Shown: piece by piece, positions 1-8,925 of the stretch
Layout: each line of letters begins with the position of its first letter
Position numbering within the stretch: the first letter of the stretch is position 1
Source of the DNA: Candidatus Uhrbacteria bacterium
GTDB taxonomy: Bacteria > Patescibacteriota > Patescibacteriia > UBA9934 > GWF2-40-263
DNA: 64,000 nt
Reading direction: 5' to 3'
Assembly: GCA_016219925.1 (NCBI GenBank)
Contig: JACRJU010000013.1
Location: forward strand, 102,566 to 166,565
Translations under genes and position numbers: made by a program
The notes under the pieces: generated by a model
Databases searched by the model: none
The model's input: only the letters and a program-made list of their open reading frames with translations
Told to the model about the DNA's origin: nothing

Positions 1-440
1 CCGCGCGATTTTATCGTGACGCGGTGGAGGAGTGCGGATTAAAAAAGCTATTGGGTGCATGGGTGCGCGTGCCGGAATTTCAATCCCGCTCAGCCTATTT
101 TTCCGGGTTCAACGATCTGCTCTCAACAACCGACTTGCTGTGGACCAAACCAAGTGAGTTGTCGTTTTACTGCGGGCTTGGGATTGCCATTATTATGGCG
201 CCTCCGATTGGTTCACAGGAAGAATTTAATCGCGTATGGTTGGATTATGTGGGTGGCGGAGTTCCACAAAATGATCCAAAATACACGAGCGAATGGTTAT
301 TCGATTGGATTGACTCCGGTGGAATGGCGCGAATGGCTTGGAACGGATATGTGGAGGCTCCCACACACGGCACCTATCGCATTGAAGACCTCGTTTTAGG
401 AAGAAAAAGCGAGATTCATCCACTCCCTCTTATCGTATGA
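1..440 (+). CDS. hypothetical protein, 5'-partial; frame is open to the window start and the first in-frame start at 24 is GTG
   Basis: ORF 24..440 sits in a frame that stays open back to position 1. Its stop overlaps the next start (ATGA at 437-440), suggesting translational coupling. No recognisable motifs. Confidence 0.35.
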   Translation, partial: ARFYRDAVEECGLKKLLGAWVRVPEFQSRSAYFSGFNDLLSTTDLLWTKPSELSFYCGLGIAIIMAPPIGSQEEFNRVWLDYVGGGVPQNDPKYTSEWLFDWIDSGGMARMAWNGYVEAPTHGTYRIEDLVLGRKSEIHPLPLIV

Positions 441-2017
441 ACACCACTCTTCAACATTTGATCGATACGATCGTGCAGATGCAATCGCCCGAGACCGATG
501 AAGCGCAGGAGGATGTCATCAAAGTTTCCGACACGATTGCCGTCGCCGCTTCGGTTTATGAAACGGTGCGCAATACGCTTGAATACGACGATGAACATTT
601 GTTGCGTCGCAACGCTATTCGGCGAATCCTCAAGCGCCGATTGGGAGAGATCGATTCAAGCAAGCTTGCCTTAAAGTTGTTGCGTGAGCTTATTTGGGCA
701 AAGTATCTGCCCAACAAAACCATCCCGAACCAACAAGCGGACGTCGTCGCAACAGTTTTGGAAAAGTACAAGCGAATGTTTGGAAGTTTGGAAGAAGATA
801 CCAAAGATGGACAAAACGGTTATGCGTGGTTGCTTGATGCGCTTTCAACCGAAATTGAATATCAAGTGGCTCCGCCGTGTGTGGATGAATCCATGGCGAG
901 TTTTGCGTATCAAGCGCTCAAAGAGCGGGTGCAATTTGAGACCGCACTGATCGATCCCAAAGATCAGGATCTGCAACTCTATATTGCGGTTCATCGAGCG
1001 GTTTTGAAGTCCAATCGGGCCACTCTACGATATCGTTTGTTGACGCTTTATTATCCCAAATGGCGAACCGCCAATGCGGGCGATCAGGCCGTGAGCGAAG
1101 TGGCGATGAGTTTGAACACGGTGATGCATTCGATCGACGAGCAGATTACCAACCCGGCAGCGGAGGCGGTTTTCCGTTTTGTCCGCCGGCACAGCATGGT
1201 TTTCCATGTCATTGGCGACATTGCCAAGGATCATCCCGAGGCGTTTGCGTCCGCCGTCGAATCCCGCGATCTCAACACGCTTGACGCGGCGCTCACGGCC
1301 GCGGCAAGCGAACGCTATAAAACCTTTCGTTCGCGCTTGAGCCGAACGGTGGTGCGCGCGGCATTTTTTCTGCTTCTAACCAAGTCCATCTTGGCGTTTT
1401 TAGTTGAGTATCCCTATGAGGTCTTCTTACTTCAGACGACGGATTATCTTCCGCTGGCCGTGAACATTTTGTTCCCACCACTTCTGCTGGCGTTTATTGG
1501 ACTGACCGTGCGCATTCCGAAAAAGAAGAATACCGAGATGGTGCTCGAAGAAGCCCACGCCTTTTTGGAAGTGGGAGAGGAGCAAACGTTTTTATTCAAA
1601 CAACGTCGCCCATGGGGAAGCGGGCCGTTGTTTGCGATTTTCAATTTGCTTTATCTTATCTTTTTCGCTCTGACGGTTGTGGTCATTGCGTGGGGGCTTT
1701 ACGCATTCGGGTTCAATAGTCTTTCCATTTTTTTCTTCCTCTTCTTTCTTTCTCTTGTGGCGTATTTTGGCTTGCGCATTCGCAACACGCGCCGCGAGTA
1801 TCTGGTGATGGATTCATCGGGCGGTTTTTTTGGCATTTTGGGAGATATGATTTTTTTGCCGATCGTTCGCGTTGGCCGATGGATCGCTCTGCGCGCACCA
1901 CGTGTCAACATCTTCCTTTTCTTCTTTGATTTCATTATTGAAGCTCCGTTTAAGGCAACCATTGATGTGATTGAAAGTTGGTTTGCTTTCTTGCGCGAAA
2001 AGCGCGAAGAAATTTAG
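437..2017 (+). CDS. hypothetical protein with a soluble N-terminal domain and a hydrophobic multi-TM C-terminal region
   Basis: 526-aa ORF with an ATG start. The C-terminal about 200 aa are rich in F/L/I stretches consistent with TM helices. No catalytic motif recognised. Confidence 0.5.
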   Translation: MNTTLQHLIDTIVQMQSPETDEAQEDVIKVSDTIAVAASVYETVRNTLEYDDEHLLRRNAIRRILKRRLGEIDSSKLALKLLRELIWAKYLPNKTIPNQQADVVATVLEKYKRMFGSLEEDTKDGQNGYAWLLDALSTEIEYQVAPPCVDESMASFAYQALKERVQFETALIDPKDQDLQLYIAVHRAVLKSNRATLRYRLLTLYYPKWRTANAGDQAVSEVAMSLNTVMHSIDEQITNPAAEAVFRFVRRHSMVFHVIGDIAKDHPEAFASAVESRDLNTLDAALTAAASERYKTFRSRLSRTVVRAAFFLLLTKSILAFLVEYPYEVFLLQTTDYLPLAVNILFPPLLLAFIGLTVRIPKKKNTEMVLEEAHAFLEVGEEQTFLFKQRRPWGSGPLFAIFNLLYLIFFALTVVVIAWGLYAFGFNSLSIFFFLFFLSLVAYFGLRIRNTRREYLVMDSSGGFFGILGDMIFLPIVRVGRWIALRAPRVNIFLFFFDFIIEAPFKATIDVIESWFAFLREKREEI

Positions 2018-2022
2018 AGCTC

Positions 2023-3030
2023 ATGGCCACCAAGCGTCGTTACTGGCTTTCCTTCGTATTGTTTGGGATTTTTTTCCTTGGAGTTTTTGTGCTGTATTGG
2101 CTTTATCACAACCGTTTGGACCATCCCCAGCTTGAACCAACCCGCTATGGCATCACTTTTTCAACGGAGTATGCCGGGCAACTTGGTTTAGATGCGGCCC
2201 AGACCTATCGCTCTTTGATCGAGGATTTAGGAGTTCGTTCCGTGCGCTTGCCCGTGTATTGGTCGTCGATTGAGCGGGAAAAAGGATCGTATGATTTTGC
2301 GCTTTTGGATCAGTTGGTTGCGTATTCTCAGGCTATGAACGTCAAACTCACCCTTGTCGTTGGGACGAAGGTGCCACGCTGGCCGGAGTGCTATGTGCCA
2401 GATTGGGCGGAAGTTTTGGGCGTCAATGAACAGCAGAGAGCGGCTATTGATATGATCACGACCGTTGTCACGCGGTATAAAGATTCGAGCGCCGTTGAGC
2501 GCTGGCAGGTGGAAAATGAACCATTCTTTCCGTTTGGCACATGTCCCACCATGACCGTGGCTCAGTTTAGAGAGCGTGTTGAGGCCGTGCGAAAGCTTGA
2601 TCCGGCTCGGCCCATCCAGGTCACCGTGAGCGGAGAGATTGGTCCATGGTCGACCGAGACCGATGAGGCGGATATTTTGGGGGTCTCGATGTATCGGCTC
2701 ACCTGGAATGATTTGTTCGGCTACTTCATGTATCCCCTTTCGCCGGAGTATTATTATGTGCGCGCGCAACTCGCTCAGCAAAGAGTTTCCAAAGTGATTA
2801 TTTCAGAACTGCAAGCTGAACCCTGGTTTCCCGAACCGCGCGAAAAGCGTACACTGGCTCAGTGGTATCAATCATTTGATGCTCAAATGTTTGATAATAA
2901 TCTCCAGTTTGTGAAAGACACGCACTTGCCGGAAGTTTATTTGTGGGGAGCGGAGTGGTGGGCGCTCCTTAAAACGCATGGCGATGATCGATTGTGGAAT
3001 GTGGCGAAAGAAGTATTTGGAGGAGCCTAA
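2023..3030 (+). CDS. membrane-anchored glycoside hydrolase, GH5/cellulase-superfamily-like
   Basis: ATG at 2023 (the 1978 start would overlap the upstream gene). N-terminal TM helix (YWLSFVLFGIFFLGVFVLYWL). VENEP motif, the GH clan A acid/base Asn-Glu-Pro signature, and a downstream candidate nucleophile in ISELQAEPW. Confidence 0.5.
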   Translation: MATKRRYWLSFVLFGIFFLGVFVLYWLYHNRLDHPQLEPTRYGITFSTEYAGQLGLDAAQTYRSLIEDLGVRSVRLPVYWSSIEREKGSYDFALLDQLVAYSQAMNVKLTLVVGTKVPRWPECYVPDWAEVLGVNEQQRAAIDMITTVVTRYKDSSAVERWQVENEPFFPFGTCPTMTVAQFRERVEAVRKLDPARPIQVTVSGEIGPWSTETDEADILGVSMYRLTWNDLFGYFMYPLSPEYYYVRAQLAQQRVSKVIISELQAEPWFPEPREKRTLAQWYQSFDAQMFDNNLQFVKDTHLPEVYLWGAEWWALLKTHGDDRLWNVAKEVFGGA

Positions 3031-3038
3031 TTTTTTCT

Positions 3039-4454
3039 ATGTCTAAAATTCCTTCCTACGATGTTTTGGTTATTGGTTCTGGCGCCGCTGGGTTTTCTGC
3101 GGTTGAAGCCGCTCGAGCGCAGGAAGCGAGTGTCTGTTTGGTCGAAGCTGGACGACTTGGTGGAGAATGTCCCAACGATGCCTGCGTTCCATCCAAGGCT
3201 TTGCTCAAAGCTGCACAAGTGTATCGCCAAGCCCAACATGCCCGCGAGTTTGGTGTGCAACTTGGCCAGGTTTCTTTTGATTTTTCCGAAATAATGCGCT
3301 ACCGCCAGTCCGTAGTGAACGCGATCACTGGGGATGGCGAGCGCGGCGCGCGTTATGAAAAAATTCTCAAATCCATGAAGGTGGAGGTGAAATTTGGAAA
3401 AGCATCTTTTGTGGATGACCACATCGTTGAGGTCGGAGCATCTCAGGTTCAGGCTCGATCGGTGGTGATTGCCACAGGTTCTGTGGATTTTATTCCGCCC
3501 ATCCCCGGACTCGACAGCGTAAAATTTTTGGGAAGCGCGGATGCGATGAAGCTCAAACGTCAGCCTAAAGCGATTGCGATTATCGGAGGCGGACCTGTGG
3601 GCTGTGAACTTGCAACCTTTTTTGCCTTGATCGGCACGCGCGTCGTCTTGTTGCAAAGCGCTCCCATGGTTTTACATCGCGAGGACGAAGAGATTTCAAA
3701 ACTCGCCCGCCAAGCTCTTGAAGGATTGAAAATTGAATTGTTCACGAATGCAAGCGTGGTCGAAGTTGTTAATGGCGGGGGAGGAGTGTATGGTCTCAAA
3801 GTTGATGTGGCGGGGAATCGATCTATGCACGCGGTTGAACAGGTGCTTGTGGCAACAGGCAAGCGCGCGTGTACAAAAGGCTTGGCCGTTGAGGAAGCAG
3901 GCATCCGTTTGGGAAAACGCGGGGAGATTGAAACCAACAAAGAACAAAAGACGAACGTGCCGAATATTTTTGCCGCGGGCGATGTCGCTGGCGGAATGAT
4001 GTTTACTCACACGGCACATCACGAAGGCTGGGTGGCTGGCACAAACGCCGCGCTTGTGGCCAAAAAGAAACGCTCTACGCGACTCAAGAGTGATGAACGG
4101 GTGGTGCCGCGTTGTACGTTTGTTGTGCCTGAAGTGGCCTCTGTTGGTCTCACCCAAGCCGAAGCACAACAGGCGTTCAAACGTGTTTTGGTTGGTCGCG
4201 CTGATGTTTCTTCCCTAGGTCGATCGGTAACAGACAACGCGCGTTTTGGATTATTGAAAATCGTGGCTCATCCCAAAACACGCAAAGTGTTGGGCGGTCA
4301 CATGATGGGGGAGCGCGCGGGCGAAGTGATTCATGAGATCGCGCTTGCGATTCATCTGGGGGCCACCATCGATAAGCTCGCAACGCTCATCCATGCGTAT
4401 CCAACGTACAGTGAAGCCGTCGTTTCTGCGGCGGCAACGGCACAATTCGAATAG
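3039..4454 (+). CDS. FAD-dependent pyridine nucleotide-disulfide oxidoreductase (dihydrolipoyl dehydrogenase / mercuric-reductase-like class I)
   Basis: ATG at 3039 begins with MSKIPSYDVLVIGSGAAG (FAD Rossmann fold). Redox-active disulfide GGECPNDACVPSK. Second Rossmann fold AIIGGGPVGCE. C-terminal dimerisation motif HAYPTYSEA. Confidence 0.7.
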   Translation: MSKIPSYDVLVIGSGAAGFSAVEAARAQEASVCLVEAGRLGGECPNDACVPSKALLKAAQVYRQAQHAREFGVQLGQVSFDFSEIMRYRQSVVNAITGDGERGARYEKILKSMKVEVKFGKASFVDDHIVEVGASQVQARSVVIATGSVDFIPPIPGLDSVKFLGSADAMKLKRQPKAIAIIGGGPVGCELATFFALIGTRVVLLQSAPMVLHREDEEISKLARQALEGLKIELFTNASVVEVVNGGGGVYGLKVDVAGNRSMHAVEQVLVATGKRACTKGLAVEEAGIRLGKRGEIETNKEQKTNVPNIFAAGDVAGGMMFTHTAHHEGWVAGTNAALVAKKKRSTRLKSDERVVPRCTFVVPEVASVGLTQAEAQQAFKRVLVGRADVSSLGRSVTDNARFGLLKIVAHPKTRKVLGGHMMGERAGEVIHEIALAIHLGATIDKLATLIHAYPTYSEAVVSAAATAQFE

Positions 4455-4496
4455 GTCGCGTGATCCCTCGGTCTTCTTACTTCTTGTTTCTCCCCT

Positions 4497-5066
4497 ATGT
4501 CTTCCGGCGAAATCGTTTTTGACATCGAAACCCAGTCAGCCGCCCTTAGTGATCTTCGGGCCCTGCGTATGAGCGTCATTGGATGCTATTTTTATGATAC
4601 TGATTCGTTTGAAGTCTTTGAAGAAAATGAATTGCCACAGCTTTGGCGACGATTCGAGCATGCCAGCCGATTGATTGGTTACAATAGCAAAGGGTTTGAT
4701 TTGCCTGTCATGAACAACTACTACAGCGGGGATTTTCTCAAGTTTAATAATCTCGATATTTTGGAAGAAATCCATAAAGCGCTCGGGTTTCGCTTGAAAC
4801 TGGATGATGTGGCCGGCGCGACCATCGGTGCGCATAAATCTGGCCATGGGTTGCAGGCCGTAGAGTGGTGGAAACAGGGAGAGATCAACAAAATTAAAGA
4901 GTATTGTTTGCAGGACGTGAAGATCACGCGGGACGTGTATGAATATGGCCTCAAATATGGTGCGCTGGCTTACGAAGATCGGTTGTCGGGTCGCAAGGCG
5001 ATCCCGGTCAATTTTCGTAAAACCGAGCCCGTTCCGATGAAAATCAACCTAACGATGGGGCTTTGA
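4497..5066 (+). CDS. predicted 3'-5' exonuclease, RNase H-like / DEDD superfamily
   Basis: N-terminal IVFDIETQS matches the Exo I acidic motif. Conserved Y..GFD..., C.QD and R.VYEY blocks typical of small DnaQ/PolB-exo-like proteins. Confidence 0.5.
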   Translation: MSSGEIVFDIETQSAALSDLRALRMSVIGCYFYDTDSFEVFEENELPQLWRRFEHASRLIGYNSKGFDLPVMNNYYSGDFLKFNNLDILEEIHKALGFRLKLDDVAGATIGAHKSGHGLQAVEWWKQGEINKIKEYCLQDVKITRDVYEYGLKYGALAYEDRLSGRKAIPVNFRKTEPVPMKINLTMGL

Positions 5067-5085
5067 GGTGTGGATAAACAGGTCT

Positions 5086-5139
5086 TTGACGCACAAGATA
5101 TAGTGGTCTATCATAAAAGGTGACCACAATATGTAGTGG
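5086..5139 (+). promoter_or_regulatory. sigma70-type promoter (TTGACG-17-TATCAT) overlapped by two tandem NrdR-box-like 16-bp palindromes
   Basis: TTGACG at 5086-5091, a 17-nt spacer, TATCAT at 5109-5114. Box 1 GCACAAGATATAGTGG (5091-5106) and box 2 CCACAATATGTAGTGG (5124-5139) each match the published NrdR consensus acaCwAtATaTwGtgt at 13/16 positions. They lie 33 bp apart, upstream of a ribonucleotide reductase gene. Confidence 0.5.
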
Positions 5140-5380
5140 GGAAAGGCGTCGTGGCCAGAGACCCTTCCAGGAGTGAATAGGAATGATCCCAACGGGATTG
5201 TTTTTAGTCTGCTTGTGTTGCTTACAAAATGGGCGAGCTATCGGCTGACGCTGCGGTCGTCACCTCACCGTACATCGGTGTACGGCTCGGTGCCGTCCTC
5301 GCGTTGTAGCGATATCTCATCCCATTTTGAAACCAACACGTCTGGTTTTGAGCTGATGTCTGCGTGCTGTCAATCTTCTT

Positions 5381-5449
5381 GCGGTTTGAGCTATGTCGGA
5401 GGGAACAGCGACGAGGAGTCCGCTGGCCCGGAGACATAGCATAAACCGC
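5381..5449 (+). repeat. structured hairpin element copy 1 (17-bp closing stem with 2 mismatches, 36-nt conserved core) inside the nrdJ 5' leader
   Basis: gcggtttgagctatgtc / gacatagcataaaccgc form the closing stem around core GGAGGGAACAGCGACGAGGAGTCCGCTGGCCCGGAG. The core matches copy 2 at 32/36 positions. Confidence 0.55.
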
Positions 5450-5495
5450 AAAACAATACCGCCAACAGTTACTTTACTCCTCTGTTACTTCCTTT

Positions 5496-8400
5496 ATGTC
5501 CGATCAACCGATCTCTAAAGTTCAAGTTTCCTCCTTGGACACGACCAATGTGGCCGACGCGGTTTGGCAATTTATGACCTCCGTAAAATCGTTACGGAAG
5601 CGCGATGGATCAGAACAAGATTTTGATGCTCGCAAACTCACACACTCCATTCGAGCCGCGCTTTTGGCCGCCGGCATGAAGCCTTCGCTTTGCGAGAAGA
5701 TCACCTCGCAAGTCATTTCTCGTCTTACACATCAGTTTGATGGCCACAGTGTGCCGACATTTGCCGATGTGCGCGAAGCCGTTGAGGTGACGCTCATCGA
5801 TAACAATCTGATTCATGTTGCAAAGAAGTACTTGTCTTTTCGCGGATCGGAATCTCGCGCGGCGCAAACCGAGCGTTATGGAAAGGGGATTACTGTTGAT
5901 CGTTTTTTCACCAAAGAAGGCGTTCATCCTTATGACGAGATCGAATGGGAAAAACGTGACGCGGTTATTTCAGGATCCAAAGGGGAGGTTGTATTTGAAC
6001 AGAAAGGAGTTGAAGTTCCAAAATCGTGGACGCAGACTGCGACGAATATCGTTGTTTCAAAATATTTTTTTGGGACGATTGGCAAAGATGATCGCGAATA
6101 TTCGGTAAAACAGTTGGTTCACCGCGTCGCATCCACCATCGCCAACTGGGGTCGCAAGGACGGCTATTTCCAAACCGGAGAAGATGCGCAACATTTCGAA
6201 GACGAGCTTCATCATATTTTGGTCAATCAAATGGCCGCTTTTAACTCACCGGTCTGGTTTAACGTCGGGACGACTCGTCCCCCACAGTGTAGCGCCTGCT
6301 TTATCAATTCTGTTGAAGATGACATGCGTTCTATTTTGAATCTGTGCGTGACGGAAGGTACGTTGTTTAAGGGAGGCTCTGGGACAGGATCCAATCTCTC
6401 TAAACTCCGCTCCAAGCACGAATACTTAAGCGGAAGCAATGGCAAAGCCTCCGGTCCGATTTCGTTTATGAAGGGTCTTGATGCTTTTGCAGGAGTGATT
6501 AAAAGCGGAGGCAAAACGCGTCGAGCGGCCAAAATGGTGATTTTGGATATTACGCATCCCGATATTGACGATTTCATCATGTGTAAGGTGGAGGAAGAAA
6601 AGAAAGCCTGGGCGCTGATGGACGCCGGATACGATGGTTCGATTGACGGTCCGGCTTATGCCTCCATCTATTTTCAAAACGCCAACAACTCGGTGCGCGT
6701 GACGGATGATTTTATGCGCGCGTACGAGACCGACGACTCGTGGGCGACTCGCGCCGTCACAACCGGCGAACCGGTGAAAACCTGGAAAGCGCGCGAGCTC
6801 ATGGATATGATGGCCGATGCGGCATGGCAGTGCGGCGATCCGGGCATTCAATATGATACGACGATCAACGACTGGCACACCTGTTCGAACACGGATCGCA
6901 TTTACGCGTCCAATCCGTGCAGTGAGTACATGTTCCTCAATGACAGCGCTTGCAACCTCGCTTCGCTTAACCTCATGAAGTTTCGCAAGCTCGTCGGGAG
7001 CGAAATGGTGTTTGATGTGGAGTCTTTCAAAAAAGCCAATGAGGTCATCATCACCGCCATGGAAATTATCGTCGGCAATTCGGTCTATCCAACCCCGGCG
7101 ATCGAACAGAACAGCTATGACTACCGCCCACTGGGCATCGGCTACGCCAACCTCGGTGCTTTGCTTATGAGCCGCGGGCTTCCGTATGATTCGGATGCCG
7201 GTCGCAATCTCGCGGCGGCCATCACGTCTTTGCAAAGTGGTCACTGTTATTATCAATCGGCTAAGATTGCGGAAAAAGTCGGACCGTTTGCTGGCTACAA
7301 AGCCAATGAAGATCCTTGTTTGCGTGTGATGCGCAAACATCGCGATGCCTCTTATGAAGTGGCCACCGATGGAGTGCCGGCGGATTTGCTTAGCGCGTCT
7401 CGCGTGGCTTGGGACAATGTCGTTGAGCAGGCGAGCCAGTATGGTTTGCGCAACGCACAAATTAGCGTGATCGCTCCGACAGGAACCATTTCTTTCCTCA
7501 TGGATTGTGATACGACTGGCGTCGAACCGGATATCGCACTTGTGAAATACAAATGGTTGGTTGGGGGTGGGATGTTCAAGATTATCAACAACACAGTTCC
7601 TGAAGTTCTGACGCGTTTGGGATACACCCAAACGGAGCGCGATGATATTTTGGCCTTCATTGAAAAAAACGACACGATTGAAGGAGCTCCGCATGTGAAG
7701 ATCGAACATTTGCCGGTGTTTGATTGTGCGTTCAAGGCGGCCAATGGCACGCGTACGATTCAGTACATGGGTCATGTACGCATGATGGCCGCGGTTCAAC
7801 CGTTTGTTTCCGGCGCCATTTCCAAAACCGTAAACATGCCCCATGAAGCGACCGCGCAAGATATTGCCGACGTTTATGTGCAAGGATGGAAGCTCGGGCT
7901 CAAAGCGATCGCCATTTATCGTGATGGCTCCAAGCGCCAGCAGGCGTTGACGACATCCAAAGAAAGCGACGCGAAGAAACAAAATGAATCTTCTATCGTT
8001 GCGAAAAGCGAACCGAAGGCGAGTGGCGAGGCCATCTCAACGGTTACGACCCAGACTGATCAACGTCTCCGCCGACACCGCCTTTCCGATGAACGACGCG
8101 CCATCACGCACAAGTTTAAGGTCGGGCCGCATGAAGGATATATCACCGTCGGTCTCTATGATGATGGAGCGCCGGGAGAAATTTTTGTCACCATGTCCAA
8201 AGAGGGATCCGTCATTAGCGGACTGATGGATAGTTTTGCAACAGCGATTTCTATCGGCTTGCAATACGGTGTTCCCCTGGAAGTCTTGGTCAATAAATTC
8301 GTTCACATGCGATTTGAACCTTCCGGATATACCAACAACCCCCAAATCCGCATTGCCAAATCCATCACGGATTACATTTTCCGTTGGCTTGCCATCAAGT

Positions 8401-8669
8401 TTTTGCCGCGGGAGTCGCAGATGACTTTGGGCATTAACACGGTGGACGAATCGCTCGACCAGCCTGTGAAAACCGCGGACGAAAAAGTGGAATTCGCGAC
8501 TCCGACCGTTCCACAACCGAAATTATTTGAACGGACACAGAGTGATCACATCCAAACTTTCGATAATCAGTCAGATGCGCCAGCCTGCGACACGTGCGGT
8601 TCGATCATGGTGCGCAATGCCGCCTGTTATAAATGTTTGAATTGTGGGGGAACGAGCGGGTGTAGCTAA
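5496..8669 (+). CDS. nrdJ: adenosylcobalamin-dependent ribonucleoside-diphosphate reductase (class II) with N-terminal ATP-cone and C-terminal Cys4 zinc ribbon
   Basis: 1057 aa. ATP-cone-like N-terminus. NSPVWFNVGT and SNPCSEYMF active-site blocks of class I/II RNR. C-terminal CDTCGS...CYKCLNCGG zinc ribbon. Confidence 0.85.
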   Translation: MSDQPISKVQVSSLDTTNVADAVWQFMTSVKSLRKRDGSEQDFDARKLTHSIRAALLAAGMKPSLCEKITSQVISRLTHQFDGHSVPTFADVREAVEVTLIDNNLIHVAKKYLSFRGSESRAAQTERYGKGITVDRFFTKEGVHPYDEIEWEKRDAVISGSKGEVVFEQKGVEVPKSWTQTATNIVVSKYFFGTIGKDDREYSVKQLVHRVASTIANWGRKDGYFQTGEDAQHFEDELHHILVNQMAAFNSPVWFNVGTTRPPQCSACFINSVEDDMRSILNLCVTEGTLFKGGSGTGSNLSKLRSKHEYLSGSNGKASGPISFMKGLDAFAGVIKSGGKTRRAAKMVILDITHPDIDDFIMCKVEEEKKAWALMDAGYDGSIDGPAYASIYFQNANNSVRVTDDFMRAYETDDSWATRAVTTGEPVKTWKARELMDMMADAAWQCGDPGIQYDTTINDWHTCSNTDRIYASNPCSEYMFLNDSACNLASLNLMKFRKLVGSEMVFDVESFKKANEVIITAMEIIVGNSVYPTPAIEQNSYDYRPLGIGYANLGALLMSRGLPYDSDAGRNLAAAITSLQSGHCYYQSAKIAEKVGPFAGYKANEDPCLRVMRKHRDASYEVATDGVPADLLSASRVAWDNVVEQASQYGLRNAQISVIAPTGTISFLMDCDTTGVEPDIALVKYKWLVGGGMFKIINNTVPEVLTRLGYTQTERDDILAFIEKNDTIEGAPHVKIEHLPVFDCAFKAANGTRTIQYMGHVRMMAAVQPFVSGAISKTVNMPHEATAQDIADVYVQGWKLGLKAIAIYRDGSKRQQALTTSKESDAKKQNESSIVAKSEPKASGEAISTVTTQTDQRLRRHRLSDERRAITHKFKVGPHEGYITVGLYDDGAPGEIFVTMSKEGSVISGLMDSFATAISIGLQYGVPLEVLVNKFVHMRFEPSGYTNNPQIRIAKSITDYIFRWLAIKFLPRESQMTLGINTVDESLDQPVKTADEKVEFATPTVPQPKLFERTQSDHIQTFDNQSDAPACDTCGSIMVRNAACYKCLNCGGTSGCS

Positions 8670-8756
8670 GGAATCACAAGGATCACGTTTCGTTCGAGCC
8701 CCTTCAGTTGATGTAACCTCCTTCAGGATGACAGGCAAAGATTTCTTCGTACGATC

Positions 8757-8833
8757 GCGATGACGATCTATCCTGCCGGAGGGAACAACGGCGACGAGTC
8801 CGTTGGCCCGGAGGCAGGATAGATCGTCATCGC
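8757..8833 (+). repeat. structured hairpin element copy 2 (perfect 21-bp closing stem, 35-nt conserved core) immediately 3' of nrdJ
   Basis: gcgatgacgatctatcctgcc ... ggcaggatagatcgtcatcgc are perfect reverse complements. The core GGAGGGAACAACGGCGACGAGTCCGTTGGCCCGGAG matches copy 1. Confidence 0.55.
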
Positions 8834-8869
8834 ACTGACAAAACACAACTTTCGTAATTCACAGCTATA

Positions 8870-8898
8870 AAGAGGGCTCATCATGTCCCTCTTTTTTG
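8870..8898 (+). terminator. rho-independent terminator after nrdJ
   Basis: aagaggg-ctcatcatgt-ccctct stem-loop followed by TTTTT. Confidence 0.55.
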
Positions 8899-8925
8899 TT
8901 TTTGTGATAAAATGAGCTCGAACCT

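Noticed and set aside
5140-5380. Possible cobalamin riboswitch in the nrdJ leader (GGGAA and GUGAAUAGGAAUGAUCC-like stretches)
   Set aside because: No convincing B12 box (GCCACUG) or the conserved CCCGC junction. B12 riboswitches normally control B12-independent RNRs, not nrdJ. Left as an unclassified structured leader.
6426-7982. 518-aa minus-strand ORF antisense to nrdJ; similar long antisense ORFs at 20908..23064 (718 aa, antisense to acs), 29729..31462 (antisense to the OPT transporter), 10167..11084 and 21519..22256
   Set aside because: These lie opposite strongly supported genes and translate to low-complexity Arg/His/Gly-rich sequence. They occur mostly in high-GC segments, where stop codons are rare. 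Judged to be artefacts.
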